A DNA stretch of 63,982 nucleotides, the filler included, from Octopus bimaculoides (Eukaryota): NCBI RefSeq assembly GCF_001194135.2. It is 7 parts of 6 records of this genome, joined end to end, with 100 filler letters (N's around TTAATTAATTAA, not from the genome) between each part and the next. Parts side by side here need not be neighbours in the genome. Positions count along the whole stretch, not along the records: positions 4,689 to 22,517 come from NC_068985.1; positions 22,618 to 28,208 come from NC_069006.1; 5 more parts are not named here. One strand, written 5' to 3'. The notes under the pieces are model-generated. The model was not told the DNA's origin, ran no database searches, and saw only the letters and a list, made by a program, of their open reading frames with translations. How positions within the stretch are numbered: position 1 is the first letter of the stretch; the number at the start of each line of letters is the position of its first letter. Below are positions 13,701 to 27,019 of the stretch, one piece after another. The position numbers and the translations under genes are program-made.

Positions 13701-14338
13701 AACAGCCTTTCCTTCCACATAGTGGATTTCACCATCATCCACGCAGCTGTTGCTTTTGTGGGTAGTTACTGTTCCCACAGTTAATGCCTTTTCTTATTCT
13801 ATTTTTTGTTCTTCGTGTTCAGCGTAGTCACGTTCATACTCTAGTTTCAACTGGGATAACCACTGCCTTTTCACGATTAAATTGTTAGAAGTCTAGAAGT
13901 CTTTGCACCCTGATAAAGAACATGTCTGTCCCAGTCCAAATTTTATGCATTTTTTCCCGGTATCCTGTTTTTGTAGGCTCACTTGTGTAATAGCATTTCA
14001 TTTCAGTTCTATTGTCATTTTGAATCCATTTTCTCCTAATCTTTGTAGCTGTATTTGAATAATGACCAAACCCCCCCCCCCCCTGCTGTGTATAGGAGCA
14101 CTTGCCGTGCAAAAGACCTTCACTCTGAATTTGGGTCTCATGAACGTAGTTGTGATGATTTATTTTGCATTATACTCATAAAGAGGGCTATATTGGTGAG
14201 GTGTCACAGCCACCTGTGCTCTTATCGTGATACCATCTCTAAAGGGTTACTAGCCAAAACTAAAGGGACCCTTTTACCTCTGTGGTAGGTTTATCCCCAC
14301 GAAGACGTTCTCTACCGTTTTTGTTCACAAGATATTCG
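10740..14338 (-). mobile_element. Near full-length, decayed R4/Dong-like RLE LINE (copy A)
   Basis: N-terminal KW...CYY...MHKIW; RT motifs GRTVMIQKD..SNYR, WIDYRKAYDNVSH, RGIFQGD, YKYLG; INTWAMPVLRY; RPRKEG; Cys/His zinc knuckle and RLE region; tail next to (CAA/GAT)n. Many stops. Confidence 0.85.
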
Positions 14339-14339
14339 T

Positions 14340-16400
14340 TATTGTTGTTGTTGTTGTTGTTGCTTGCTTGCTCTGGTAGATTCTATGAGAGCGGACAGCA
14401 GCCTGCTGTAAAAGGTCTCACAGGGTCACTTTCCGCAAATTATAAGCTTTGATACTTGATTGTTAATTATCGTGGGGGATATTCAACATCCAAGTATCAA
14501 TCTTAAAATCTTAGCTGTCCCCAGCAGAGCGGTTTTGGGGGCTTGCTCTGCTCTCATGTCAGTTCCGATTTCTCTGGCGTATTTCTCGAACTTGGTTGTT
14601 AGTGCTCCGAGTGCCCTACAACTACTAGAATGACAAACACCTCCTCATAGTCCACATTCTTTTAGTAGTCTGTATTTTTCCATCTTTTTTAGTTCTTTGT
14701 CACTTATGCGCGCATCCCTAGGTATTACAATATCTATAATTTCAGTTTCCTTTTTTCCTTTATCTAACACAATATCTGATCCCCGAGCCTCGATTAAGTT
14801 GTCATATTGGATTGTAAAATCCCACAGTATCTTAAATTCATTGTTCTCTGTGACTACTTCTGCGTCATGTTCGGACAATTTCCGTGCTCTGTCGAGGCCG
14901 TATTTTTCACATAGCTTCCAATGGACGAACTTAACCACGTTAGTGCCTTCTTTTGTAGTGCTTTTGGGACAGCTTGCTACACTCACTCACAATTTGTAAG
15001 ATTGCTTCGTTTCTGCTGCCACATATCCCACAAAGTAGGAATTCACTCCTCTTATCTATTTGGAACTTGGTGTAATAACTTCACAGAGCTTGTTTCTGGG
15101 CATTATATATCAATGCCTCGGTACATCCTTTCAGATCACTTTCAGATCTTAGCCATCTTATTGTTTTCCAATTGTTTACTCTTTCTTCTTCATCTTGTTT
15201 CTTAATTGTTTTCGGTAGATAATGTATTGTTAATTCTAACAGCGGCAAGCAAGGATTCACTCTGCTATTTGATGTACCCTCCCAGACTGTTTTTCTCGTT
15301 GACAACACAGATCTTACATCCTATAAGGCATCTTCCTTCCCTGTTCCTAGGCACATACAGCCTGTCAGTATCACTTTTGGGGTGTAGTTCCGTGTTAATT
15401 GTCATCACTTTTCTGGTTTTTTCTGTCCATTTCCTCAAGCTCATTCTTTGTCCACCTCACAACACTTGCGCTGTATCGCATTAAGGGAACAAACAGCCCA
15501 AGCGTTCATTGCCCTGATTTTGTTTTTTCCATTGAGACTACTTCTCATAATCAATTTGGTTCTTCTGAGATATTCTCGCTTAAAGCTTTCATTCATTTTA
15601 TTTTCCTTAATTTTGTCGTATTCCAAAATCCCCAGATACTTATATCCATTAGTCTCGATTTCCTTGATTTTCTCGCCATTGGGTAGTTCTACACCATCAG
15701 ACAACATTAATTTTTCTTTATGTATTATAAACATACCACAGGTTTTAGTTTCATATTCCATTCCGATATCGTCACTGAATATTTGCTCTGTTGAAACTAG
15801 GACATTCATTTCACATTCGGTCTTTCCAAAGTCATCCATATATAACAGATGGTTTAATTTTCCTCCACTTTCAAAGGTGTACCCCGATATGTCACTTTCC
15901 ATAATATCTGTGTGAGGGGTATCATACAAATCACAAACAGCAATGGTGATAGGCTATCTCCTGGAAATATGTCTCTCTTGATGTTAACCTTCAGCAAATA
16001 TTTTTCACATGAAGTTACCACATGAAAAATTTTCCACATGAAGTTTCCAGTTTTTCATTGATCTCCAAATAAAATTTGATATGTTATCAGACACCTATAC
16101 CAGCACAAGATTTTCAAAATTCCAGGAATGGGAGACCATGTCATGCACTTTCTTATAATCGATCAACGCAATGCCCAGGCTAGCAAGTCTTTTCTTACAG
16201 TCGTTTAGTACCATCCTGTCCATCTGGAGTTGATCTTTTGTCCCTCGGCTTTTCCTTCTGCATCCTTTCTGCTCCACTGGCAGTTCGTCATTCATTTTCA
16301 GGAAGTTATACACATAATTAGATATTATCCCAGTCATCAGCTTCCACATCAGGGACAGATAAACTGGTAATTATCCACTGCATTGCCTTTACAAGAATCC
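14340..16400 (-). mobile_element. 5'-truncated, decayed R4/Dong-like RLE LINE (copy B)
   Basis: QKGCRRKSRGTKDQL, IFPGDSLSPLLF, HLLYMDD, YKYLG, HWKLCEKY, KILWDF, DIVL..IIDIVIP. (CAA)n tail at 14340-14362. Confidence 0.88.
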
Positions 16401-16404
16401 TTTT

Positions 16405-16790
16405 GGCATGCAGGGCTTAGTTGCATTTCGTCCGTCTTCAGATTTTGGGTTCAAATTCCGTCGAGGTCGACTTTGCCTTTCTTCCTTTCGGAGTCGATGA
16501 AATAAGTACCAATGTATCACTGGGGCCGATGTAATTAACTTATCGCCTGCCTCGAACTTGCTGACCTAGAGCTAAAATTTGGAAATGTTATTATTAAGGC
16601 AGCGAGCTGGCAGAACCGTTAGCACGCCGGACAAGATGCTTAGCAGTATTCCGTCCATCTTTATATCCTGAGTTCAAATTCCACCGAGGCCGACTTTGTA
16701 TTTCATCCTTTCGGGGTCGATGTAATCGACTTTTCCTCCCCCGAAATTTCAGGCCTTGTGTCTATAATAGAAAGGATCATCATCATCATC
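16405..16790 (+). mobile_element. Two tandem SINE family A copies
   Basis: Two repeats of gttcaaattcc...gactttg...catcctttcgg...gtcgat separated by ttattattaag. Confidence 0.85.
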
Positions 16791-17124
16791 ATTAAATTAG
16801 GGAAGATATTGTGAATTGACTAGTCAATAAAACAGTGATTAAGGATACTTTTTGCAGATATACAATATTCCGGTCGTTCAGAGAGAAAAGCATGTCAGAT
16901 AATGTCAATGTATGTTTTAAAATGTGTTGGTTGGTCACGAATTGACTACTATTTCACATTTATTTGAATAAATCTGATCTTGAATTAAACAGTAACTAAT
17001 AATCGTTTGATTTTTACTCAGACATTATTGCATGTCAATGACTCCAAAAAGGAGAGAGAGAGAGCCATGCTTGGAAGTGTCAGAGTGATAGGCAACCCCA
17101 CCTCCCATTAGAATCGGACGCTAA

Positions 17125-17270
17125 TAGTATTATTCCTATTTTTACGGGTGAACTAAGGCAATGTTCTATAAAATGTTCTGCTCAGAAATACGAGGAAACA
17201 CCATCTGCAGATTTGAAACCAAGACACATGATTAGATAGTTAACTACCTTATCCCTTCGGCCATCTTACC
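17125..17270 (-). mobile_element. Old CORE-like SINE remnant
   Basis: tattattcctatttttacgggtgaactaaggc...gatttgaaacc resembles the reverse strand of the MIR/CORE central domain and tRNA head. Confidence 0.45.
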
Positions 17271-18817
17271 TCTACTATTTGCAAAAAAAAATAGCTTTCT
17301 ATAAATACCTGCAGTTTACCCGCCACTCCACTACCAGTTTGGACCCCACTCCACCATATTGTTATAGCAGGTATCAATAATAATAACGTCTGTAGTATTT
17401 ATGTGGTTGCTCGATTCACTAGTAATAATAGCTTAAACTCTTTCAAACCACAACGTGCCGTTTTAAAAAAGATGATACTGGAAAATGTAATCCAAAAGAC
17501 AGGATAGACATAGTTGGAACGCTTTTAGTCATGGGCATGCTCTATCACGGTTCATCTGGGGCAGTATGAACGACAGTATGAACGATATGAAAAGAAAAAA
17601 CGGAAATAAGAGGTAACAACATCTTTTGTTCCCTTTTCTTTCTAATGATCGCGAGCACTCAATATTCTGACCCCGTCATAATTCCCAACTGACCTTTACG
17701 CCAACGACCATTTAAAGTTGACATCATGTCTCCCTACTCCTGCATATTCACTCTGACATTGATCTCGCATCGATTTCAACTCTGATTTTAGCTAGCGTCA
17801 ACTCTAATTTTCTTCAATAGCTTCTATCATAAACGCTCTTCTAAAAAAAATTCAAATTTTGAATTTACGGGGCACAAATCATTACATCGACCCCACTCTT
17901 ATATCCATCTCGGAGAGATAAAAGACAAAACATGTAAAAGCCGGATTTGAAACCTTTCCTATTCTTATTGAAATGCAAGAAGCTCGTGTTTCCTACTGTT
18001 ACTGATTAATTATCCTCGGCATAATAAAATATAATGCTGTTTAATATTCTTCGGAAAGCTTACCGCCGCTAACGTTTATGAAATTCTAGCAAATCTTTAT
18101 ATAGCAACGTCTGTACACCATATTTAGTTTCAAATTTTGGCTCAAAGTCAGCAATTTCGGGCAAGATGGTAAGTCGATTACATCGACCTCGGTGCTCAAC
18201 TGGTACTTATTTTAACGACCTCGAAAGGATAACAGGCAAAGTCGATCCCGGCGGCATTTGAACTCAAAACGTAAAACCCGAAGAAATGCCGCTAAGCAAT
18301 TTTTCCGGCACGGTAACGATCTCCAGCTCATCGTCTTAATGTTTGTTCACTATATATTGCAAATATGTTAAAACAAAAGAAAAGCTGTCTTCACCGCAAA
18401 CCATCCGTTTCAACTTCACTTTTAATACTGGTGTGTTATGTATCTCGTATGTTTTCATATAAAGTTAATCATAGAAATATTGTAGTAACAAATATGACAC
18501 GAAAGACGATGCCACTCTCACCTCTCATTACAGTGTTTCTGTGGAAGTTTCCCTCTGTTCTAAGTATCATATGTCACATGTTTATCTTGTAGTTTTCAAT
18601 TATTTGCATAACTCTATCACTGTTCTCGATGTATGTTGTTTAACTGTAAATAAAAGAAACAACTCTCAGCCGTCCTGAAGAAAAATGCTGATAACTCAGA
18701 ATTTATGAATTTTCATGGTGCGTTACATCATTGCGTTACATCATTCAGCATTTCAAGCGGCAGTCCCATATTCTGAAGGTTTCTAATGAATACGATTATT
18801 TATTGCACACACACACA

Positions 18818-18853
<36 letters not shown>

Positions 18854-19844
18854 NNNNNNNNNNNNNNNNNNNNNNNNNNNNNNNNNNNNNNNNNNNNNNN
18901 NNNNNNNNNNNNNNNNNNNNNNNNNNNNNNNNNNNNNNNNNNNNNNNNNNNNNNNNNNNNNNNNNNNNNNNNNNNNNNNNNNNNNNNNNNNNNNNNNNNN
19001 NNNNNNNNNNNNNNNNNNNNNNNNNNNNNNNNNNNNNNNNNNNNNNNNNNNNNNNNNNNNNNNNNNNNNNNNNNNNNNNNNNNNNNNNNNNNNNNNNNNN
19101 NNNNNNNNNNNNNNNNNNNNNNNNNNNNNNNNNNNNNNNNNNNNNNNNNNNNNNNNNNNNNNNNNNNNNNNNNNNNNNNNNNNNNNNNNNNNNNNNNNNN
19201 NNNNNNNNNNNNNNNNNNNNNNNNNNNNNNNNNNNNNNNNNNNNNNNNNNNNNNNNNNNNNNNNNNNNNNNNNNNNNNNNNNNNNNNNNNNNNNNNNNNN
19301 NNNNNNNNNNNNNNNNNNNNNNNNNNNNNNNNNNNNNNNNNNNNNNNNNNNNNNNNNNNNNNNNNNNNNNNNNNNNNNNNNNNNNNNNNNNNNNNNNNNN
19401 NNNNNNNNNNNNNNNNNNNNNNNNNNNNNNNNNNNNNNNNNNNNNNNNNNNNNNNNNNNNNNNATATAAGTAGCTTGCTTACCAACCACATGGTTCCGGG
19501 TTCAGTCCCACTGCGTGGCACCTTGGGCTAGTGTCTTCTACTATAGCCTCGGGCCGACCAAAGCCTTGTGAGTGGATTTGGTAGACGGAAACTGAAGAAG
19601 CCCGTCGTATATATGTATATATATGTATGTGTGTTTGTGTATCTGTGTTTGTTCCCCACACCATCTCTTGACAACTGATGCTGGTGTGTTTACGTCCCCC
19701 GTAACCTAGCGGTTCGGCAAAAAGAGACCAATAGAATAAGTACTAGGCTTACAAAGGATAAATCCTGAGGTCGATTTTCTCGACTAAATGCGGTGCTCCA
19801 GCATGGCCGCAGTCAAATGACTGAAACAAGTAAAAGAGTAAAGA

Positions 19845-19882
<38 letters not shown>

Positions 19883-20026
19883 GTTTCGCTGATACTTGCC
19901 CAAGGGACCATGCAGTGGGACAGAACTCTGGACTATGTGGTTGGGAAACTTCTTACTATACAGCCACGCCTGCGTATATATATAGATATCTGTGAGTATA
20001 TATATATGCGCGCGTGCGCGCACACG

Positions 20027-20073
<47 letters not shown>

Positions 20074-20659
20074 CTATATATGCCATTTGCTGAAATAAAG
20101 AATGAATGCAAAATGAAAGAATGCAAAAACATTTCTTCCAATGTGCGTAGAAAATTAAATTGTGGGATGTCTCCTGGCGGACTGTTTCATGATTTGTTTA
20201 TTGAGATGTACCCAAACACCTCCAATCAATAACATAGTGCGTCAGCAGCTGCATATAGCAGTGTGTAAGAAAGTTACTCTGTGNNNNNNNNNNNNNNNNN
20301 NNNNNNNNNNNNNNNNNNNNNNNNNNNNNNNNNNNNNNNNNNNNNNNNNNNNNNNNNNNNNNNNNNNNNNNNNNNNNNNNNNNNNNNNNNNNNNNNNNNN
20401 NNNNNNNNNNNNNNNNNNNNNNNNNNNNNNNNNNNNNNNNNNNNNNNNNNNNNNNNNNNNNNNNNNNNNNNNNNNNNNNNNNNNNNNNNNNNNNNNNNNN
20501 NNNNNNNNNNNNNNNNNNNNNNNNNNNNNNNNNNNNNNNNNNNNNNNNNNNNNNNNNNNNNNNNNNNNNNNNNNNNNNNNNTGTGTGTGTGTGTGTGTTT
20601 GTGTGTGTGTCTGTGTCTGTGTGTATCTGTTTGTGTGTATACCAATAAGTGAATGACTA

Positions 20660-22300
20660 CCCAGCGAGCCAATTTTTCTTGTTGAAAACTTAGTGTATAA
20701 GCCATGAAGCTATGCGCACTAACTGTACTTAATCTGTCAAGTAATACATGCAGTACCTGCCACAGAAATAGTAGTTTAATCTTAGCGTTGTTGCTAAACC
20801 CTACAGAAATTGTGAGGTTTACCAAAGAAAGATATGAAGATCATACAGCAATTGTATGTTGTTCACAACTCCAACTTAAAATACATAAAGCTGGTTTATT
20901 GAAATGTTTTCTCTAGTGACATATCAATAAAGATGTTGTCAATACTGCTCTAGATGCTTTTTACTGCATTCTTTCCTTGCAACAATAATCGATGTTTTAT
21001 ATAAGTTATTTATTTTAGCAGCCCACTATATCATGGTTAGTGTCACTTTAGCAGTCTCGCTTCTTGTTTAGTTTGCTTTAGCCATTAACGCGCCTCTTTC
21101 CTTGCATCCTAATCGTTCTGCAGCTTTCGTTTTTTAGTTCTGTAATTCATTTAATCTATCACAGCTGCCACCGCCTTCTTTAGTAAGTCTTTTATGTCGT
21201 CTGATGTAGTCTTTGATGTATGTTTTGTAGTTTTTGTTCCTGTTTAGTTCTCTAACAGTAAGACATGGAAGATATTTTAGCCTGACCTTAGTTTTTACAA
21301 TTAGCTTATTTTGTAACATTACAGACCACCATATTATCATTTAAATGCTTTAGTAAAAACAAACAAAAGAATCATTAAAACTTTTAATACTTTCGAAAAA
21401 TAAATAAACCTGAACTTTTGAATCTCAGGCTGCTACAATCTCTGCAAGTTTTCTCCAAAGCGTTCCCATTTACTATCTATTATTTGAAAAAAATGAGGCA
21501 AAGATATAATAGTACTTGTTACTCTGTGATATTCGGTATTTAGATGCTTTCAAAGAGTGCTGGAGGCGTTTTTTTTAATCTTCATTTCAAGATGTACTTT
21601 CGCTATCTTTCTTATGATTAGTTGATATGATGCGGTATTTTTTAAGAACACAGTTCGAATTTCTCGTTGATGTTTAGAGTTTCGTATATGTGAAAGAAAA
21701 TAACTTTGAGGTCCCAGCTTCTGCACTCGGTCGACCAGTAACATTCTTTTCTCTTTGAACCATTTTACTTCAACTTTTGCCACAAACAAGGATGGATTTC
21801 TATGTTTTTTCTTTGGGTTGTCGTTGTTTTCCCAAAGGAGCAGTAGTGTTGTCCATAGATAATTTACTGAAAAATGTTGTGGTAGATTGCTTCCAACAGA
21901 GATGTAAACATGGCTCTGCGAATAAAAAGTTCACTTTGCAACCATATATATTCAGAATGGTAAATAGTTTATATTGGTTCAGTAATAATATAGTCTCAGA
22001 TATTGGAAATATCCTGTACTCCGATAGAGGCGTTCGTGAAGACCAAATCCAGTATACTTGATAAATAGCATAATTGCTGCACAGAAAGATATTACGTTGG
22101 GTCAGATAGTATTATTAGCATTTCCATTCTAATAGTTGTTTCTTCAGCCCCCATTCAATTCTGGTATTGCTAAAATGATTTAGCAAAAGGTTATTTGCAT
22201 ATCATATCTTTTTAGTCTCTATTTGTTCGATATAACGATTTACTTTTAAATAACTTCGATGTAATACTCTTTACAAATAATTGCGATACAACCTGCTGGT
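20660..22300 (-). mobile_element. Highly degenerate APE-type LINE relic
   Basis: Minus strand LDLVFTN (about 22030-22050), a typical C-terminal motif of LINE endonucleases. No intact ORF, clade unresolved. Confidence 0.4.
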
Positions 22301-22321
22301 TTATTCAAATTCTCTGATATA

Positions 22322-22517
22322 TTGGGTTGGCAACTAAGTTCCCACCGTTTTTTTTAATTTAAATTTTTTGAAAGGCTTAATAAAAAAAATAACAACTAAT
22401 TAATCAATAATGTATTCACCCTTGTTGTTTACAACTTCTTCCCAACGTTCAACAAGATTTTCAATACCTAGTTGGTAGAAATCACCCGATTTCGACTCGA
22501 AAAATTGATCCAACCAA
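22322..22517 (-). mobile_element. 3' end of mariner (DD34D-type) transposon
   Basis: TA followed by TIR ttgggttggcaactaag. Minus strand encodes WLDQFFESKSGDFYQLGIENLVERWEEVVNNKGEYIID*. Cut by a gap. Confidence 0.85.
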
Positions 22518-22966
22518 NNNNNNNNNNNNNNNNNNNNNNNNNNNNNNNNNNNNNNNNNNNNTTAATTAATTAANNNNNNNNNNNNNNNNNNNNNNNNNNN
22601 NNNNNNNNNNNNNNNNNCCCCCCCCCGCCCACCAGGACATCTATTCGCCGTAGGGTCATTTATCGGAGTAACATGGAATGAAGTGTTTTGCTCAAGAACA
22701 CAACACACTGCACGGTCTGGGAACCGAAACCATGACCTTGCGATCGCGAGCGCACCACCCAACCATCAGGCCACCCACTTCACTCTGTAAGCCTAAATTT
22801 GATAAAATAAAATACCAGTCAATCACTGGGGTTCATAGCACCGACTACGCACACCCCGTCCTCAAATTTCAGGCCTCCTAATAATGTTAGAACCATTTAT
22901 TTGATTCTTGGAGTTATTATTGTCGCTATTGTAATGAATGTTCCATTTTCTGTCCCCACCCCGCAG

Positions 22967-23096
22967 GCGAGGACCAATGTCAACAGCTCTACCCCCAAGG
23001 CTACACTGTCGTACAACAATGTCTACAAAGTGTTCTACACACAGCGCACCATTTTAAACGAAACGAAAGACTGAAGATTAATGATGTCCACTGCTG
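22967..23096 (+). CDS. Candidate isolated internal exon of unknown gene
   Basis: Strong acceptor ttccattttctgtccccaccccgcag and donor ctg|gtaaga. The 130-nt frame EDQCQQLYPQGYTVVQQCLQSVLHTAHHFKRNERLKINDVHC is open. Product not recognised. Confidence 0.4.
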
Positions 23097-24975
23097 GTAA
23101 GATGGCTCCTAATTTGTCCCCTATTTTCTCTCTCTCCCTCTCTCTCTCTCTCAGTTCCGTTTCCTACTCCCTCTCTGTTTCTCTCTCTCTTTCTATCTCA
23201 GTTCTACTCTTTCTCAGCTATGACTCCTACTCTCTCTTAATCCTGTCTCCTACTGTCTCTCCCTTATTCTTTATTCTTTTTCTTACTTTCTCCCTTTCTT
23301 TCTCTTTCCCTCCCTCTCTCTCAATCGGATCTCCTACCCTCTCTCAATCCTTTCTCATACTCTCTTTTTCTCAAATTTTTCTCTCACTCTTTCTCTCCCC
23401 TCTCTCATTTCTCTCTCCTGCTCTCTCTCTTCTATCTCCCACTATGTCATTCTTTCTGTCTCCCACTCTCTTTCTTTTATACTGTCCACTCCCTCTATTT
23501 TCCTGACTCTTACACCCGTCTTTATTTCCAACTACCTCTTTTTTTATCTTCTACCGAGAGCATGCTGTGTGGTGAGTCCCGCAAACAGACTATTCGTGTA
23601 TTGTGAACGGACGCCAGTAGATTTCAAAGTCATCAGGAGAGAATGCACACTATTTTGGGGCTTTCCTTTCGACGGCTTTACGACTTTAGTGCGCATCGCT
23701 CTCGTCTCACTGGTATGAGGCCCCTGTCTACAAAATCGATCGAGTCCTTCATGTCGGGATCAACAGTATCAGTCCAAATACAGTAAAATGTGGTAATGAA
23801 GATATGTGTGGAGGTGGCGGCGGCGGCGGCGGCGGTGGCTGTGGTTGTGGCGAGAGTGGTGATGGTGGTAGTTGTGGTTGTGATGGCGGTGGTGATGGTG
23901 GTGATGATTATGGAAACAGTGGTAGTGATGGTGGCCGTTGTGTGTAGAGGTGGTGGCGGTNNNNNNNNNNNNNNNNNNNNNNNNNNNNNNNNNNNNNNNN
24001 NNNNNNNNNNNNNNNNNNNNNNNNNNNNNNNNNNNNNNNNNNNNNNNNNNNNNNNNNNNNNNNNNNNNNNNNNNNNNNNNNNNNNNNNNNNNNNNNNNNN
24101 NNNNNNNNNNNNNNNNNNNNNNNNNNNNNNNNNNNNNNNNNNNNNNNNNNNNNNNNNNNNNNNNNNNNNNNNNNNNNNNNNNNNNNNNNNNNNNNNNNNN
24201 NNNNNNNNNNNNNNNNNNNNNNNNNNNNNNNNNNNNNNNNNNNNNNNNNNNNNNNNNNNNNNNNNNNNNNNNNNNNNNNNNNNNNNNNNNNNNNNNNNNN
24301 NNNNNNNNNNNNNNNNNNNNNNNNNNNNNNNNNNNNNNNNNNNNNNNNNNNNNNNNNNNNNNNNNNNNNNNNNNNNNNNNNNNNNNNNNNNNNNNNNNNN
24401 NNNNNNNNNNNNNNNNNNNNNNNNNNNNNNNNNNNNNNNNNNNNNNNNNNNNNNNNNNNNNNNNNNNNNNNNNNNNNNNNNNNNNNNNNNNNNNNNNNNN
24501 NNNNNNNNNNNNNNNNNNNNNNNNNNNNNNNNNNNNNNNNNNNNNNNNNNNNNNNNNNNNNNNNNNNNNNNNNNNNNNNNNNNNNNNNNNNNNNNNNNNN
24601 NNNNNNNNNNNNNNNNNGGTGTGGTGTGTGGTGAGGTTGTGGTGTGTGATAGTGAACACGCGTTACAAGTTGTGAGGTGTCTGTTGCTGTGGTTGTGGGG
24701 ACGTGTGTTGTGTTGTGAGCGTATTGAGTAGAAAACAAGAGTGACAACAGCACCAACAGCAGCAGCAGTTGCAACAACGTCAACAATACAACCATCCACA
24801 ATACCACTGTATCACAGTGCCGCTATACCACAGTAACACCACCACTACCACCACGACCACCATCACCAATATCACCACCACCACCACCACCACCATCACA
24901 GCCACTTTCCAATTTATGTTGAAGCTGTAATTTCTTCTTCTTCTTCTTCTTCTTCTTCTTCTTCTTCTTCTTCTT

Positions 24976-25006
<31 letters not shown>

Positions 25007-25312
25007 ATGCGTGTGTGTGTGCGTGTGTGTGTGAGGCCAATTGATTATTATCAGTTGATTACAGTAATCAAAGTTGATTAACTGACATACACCGACAGAG
25101 GGAGCTGATAGTACTGGCTAATTCATCAATGTGTCTCATTACTGCAAACAACCCACCTATCAACCCCACCCCACCTCTACCACCACCACTTCCCCTGCCG
25201 CCACCACTATCACCATCGCCACAACAACCAGCACCATCATCATCATCATTATCATCATCATCATCAACGTCACCAGCATAACCGCCACTACTACCACCAC
25301 CACTACCACCAT

Positions 25313-25365
<53 letters not shown>

Positions 25366-26569
25366 NNNNNNNNNNNNNNNNNNNNNNNNNNNNNNNNNNN
25401 NNNNNNNNNNNNNNNNNNNNNNNNNNNNNNNNNNNNNNNNNNNNNNNNNNNNNNNNNNNNNNNNNNNNNNNNNNNNNNNNNNNNNNNNNNNNNNNNNNNN
25501 NNNNNNNNNNNNNNNNNNNNNNNNNNNNNNNNNNNNNNNNNNNNNNNNNNNNNNNNNNNNNNNNNNNNNNNNNNNNNNNNNNNNNNNNNNNNNNNNNNNN
25601 CAACACCACAACCACTGTCATAAATACCACCACCACGCTACCGTCAACACCAGTACCATCACCACCACCAATACTGCTACTTCTACACTACAGCAACAAC
25701 AACAACAACACCAACAACTACTACTACTACTACTACTACTACTATCAGTATTATCACCGCCACCGCCAATATGATGATGACCACGTCTCTCCACCGGAAG
25801 TACTACAACTATCACCACCACCACCACCACAACTGCTACTATCACTATTACTATTACAATTGCCATCACCACCACCACCGTCGCCACTGTCAACGCCACT
25901 ACAACTACTACTTTCACCACAACCACCCATCACGATCCCTAACCCCAACCCTATCCCTTACCTTTCAAACCGATTACAATCCGTATTAAGAAGCTCCATC
26001 CCGAAAGTACCCTTATGCCGTGAGGCTTGTCATAAAATAGATAAGGGTAGAATACGTGCAGCGGGTGGATATAAGGGTGGAGTTGTGTGAAGGAGGTGTA
26101 TCGTTAGCTTTTATCTTTTACTTGCTTCATTCGTTGGACAGCGGCCAAGTTGGGGCAGCACCTCGGAGGTCATTCGTCGAAAAAAAATCAACTCCAGTTC
26201 TTACCTTTTAAAAAAAGGCCTCGTACTTGTACTATCGATCGTTACTGTCGAGCCGCTAAGTTACGGAAACGTAAACAAACCAGCAAAGGTTGTCAAGCGA
26301 TAGTAAGTAGGGCACAGACACAACCATACACGCAGATGTAAGCCGGTCTTATGGTAATATCTATATCTCTATGCGACCATTTAACGATTGCATACTTATG
26401 ACTTTTTGCATATTCCACCTGCTAATTATGAATATTATCATTATTACGTAATTCCGAGCTTCCAGAAACAGCTGTCGAGTTAAAAACTATGATTCTCTCC
26501 TTAATATTTTGTATTTTGTATTTTGTATCCTTTATGTAAATCTGTCTATCTATCTATCTATCTGCCTAC

Positions 26570-26649
<80 letters not shown>

Positions 26650-27019
26650 ATGTGTGTGTGTTTTCTGTATGTGTATATGTTTATATGTTTATATATATCA
26701 AGTCTAATCGTGTTTAACTGCATCATTGTATGTATATATGTATATATGTATGTATATACGTACGTATGTATGCATGTATGTATGTATGTACGTATGTCAT
26801 TGTTCAGTTTTATTTCAAGATTTCTTGCCAATGGAGAAAGAACGGGTTTCTAACCTAGATCCAAGGTTCTTTCATTGGAATTTCAACATCATCGACAGGG
26901 TATTTTTGCTTGTATGTATGTGTACATGTATGTATGTATGTATGTATGTATGTGCAGATTTGTATGTTTTATGTATGTATTCTCGTGCATATAGTTGCAT
27001 ATCTAGACTTGCTCATATA

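Noticed and set aside
14050-14338. HDV-like ribozyme in the R4 5' UTR
   Set aside because: Only a GGUAG/CUACC stem was found. P3, L3 and P1.1 could not be identified by eye.
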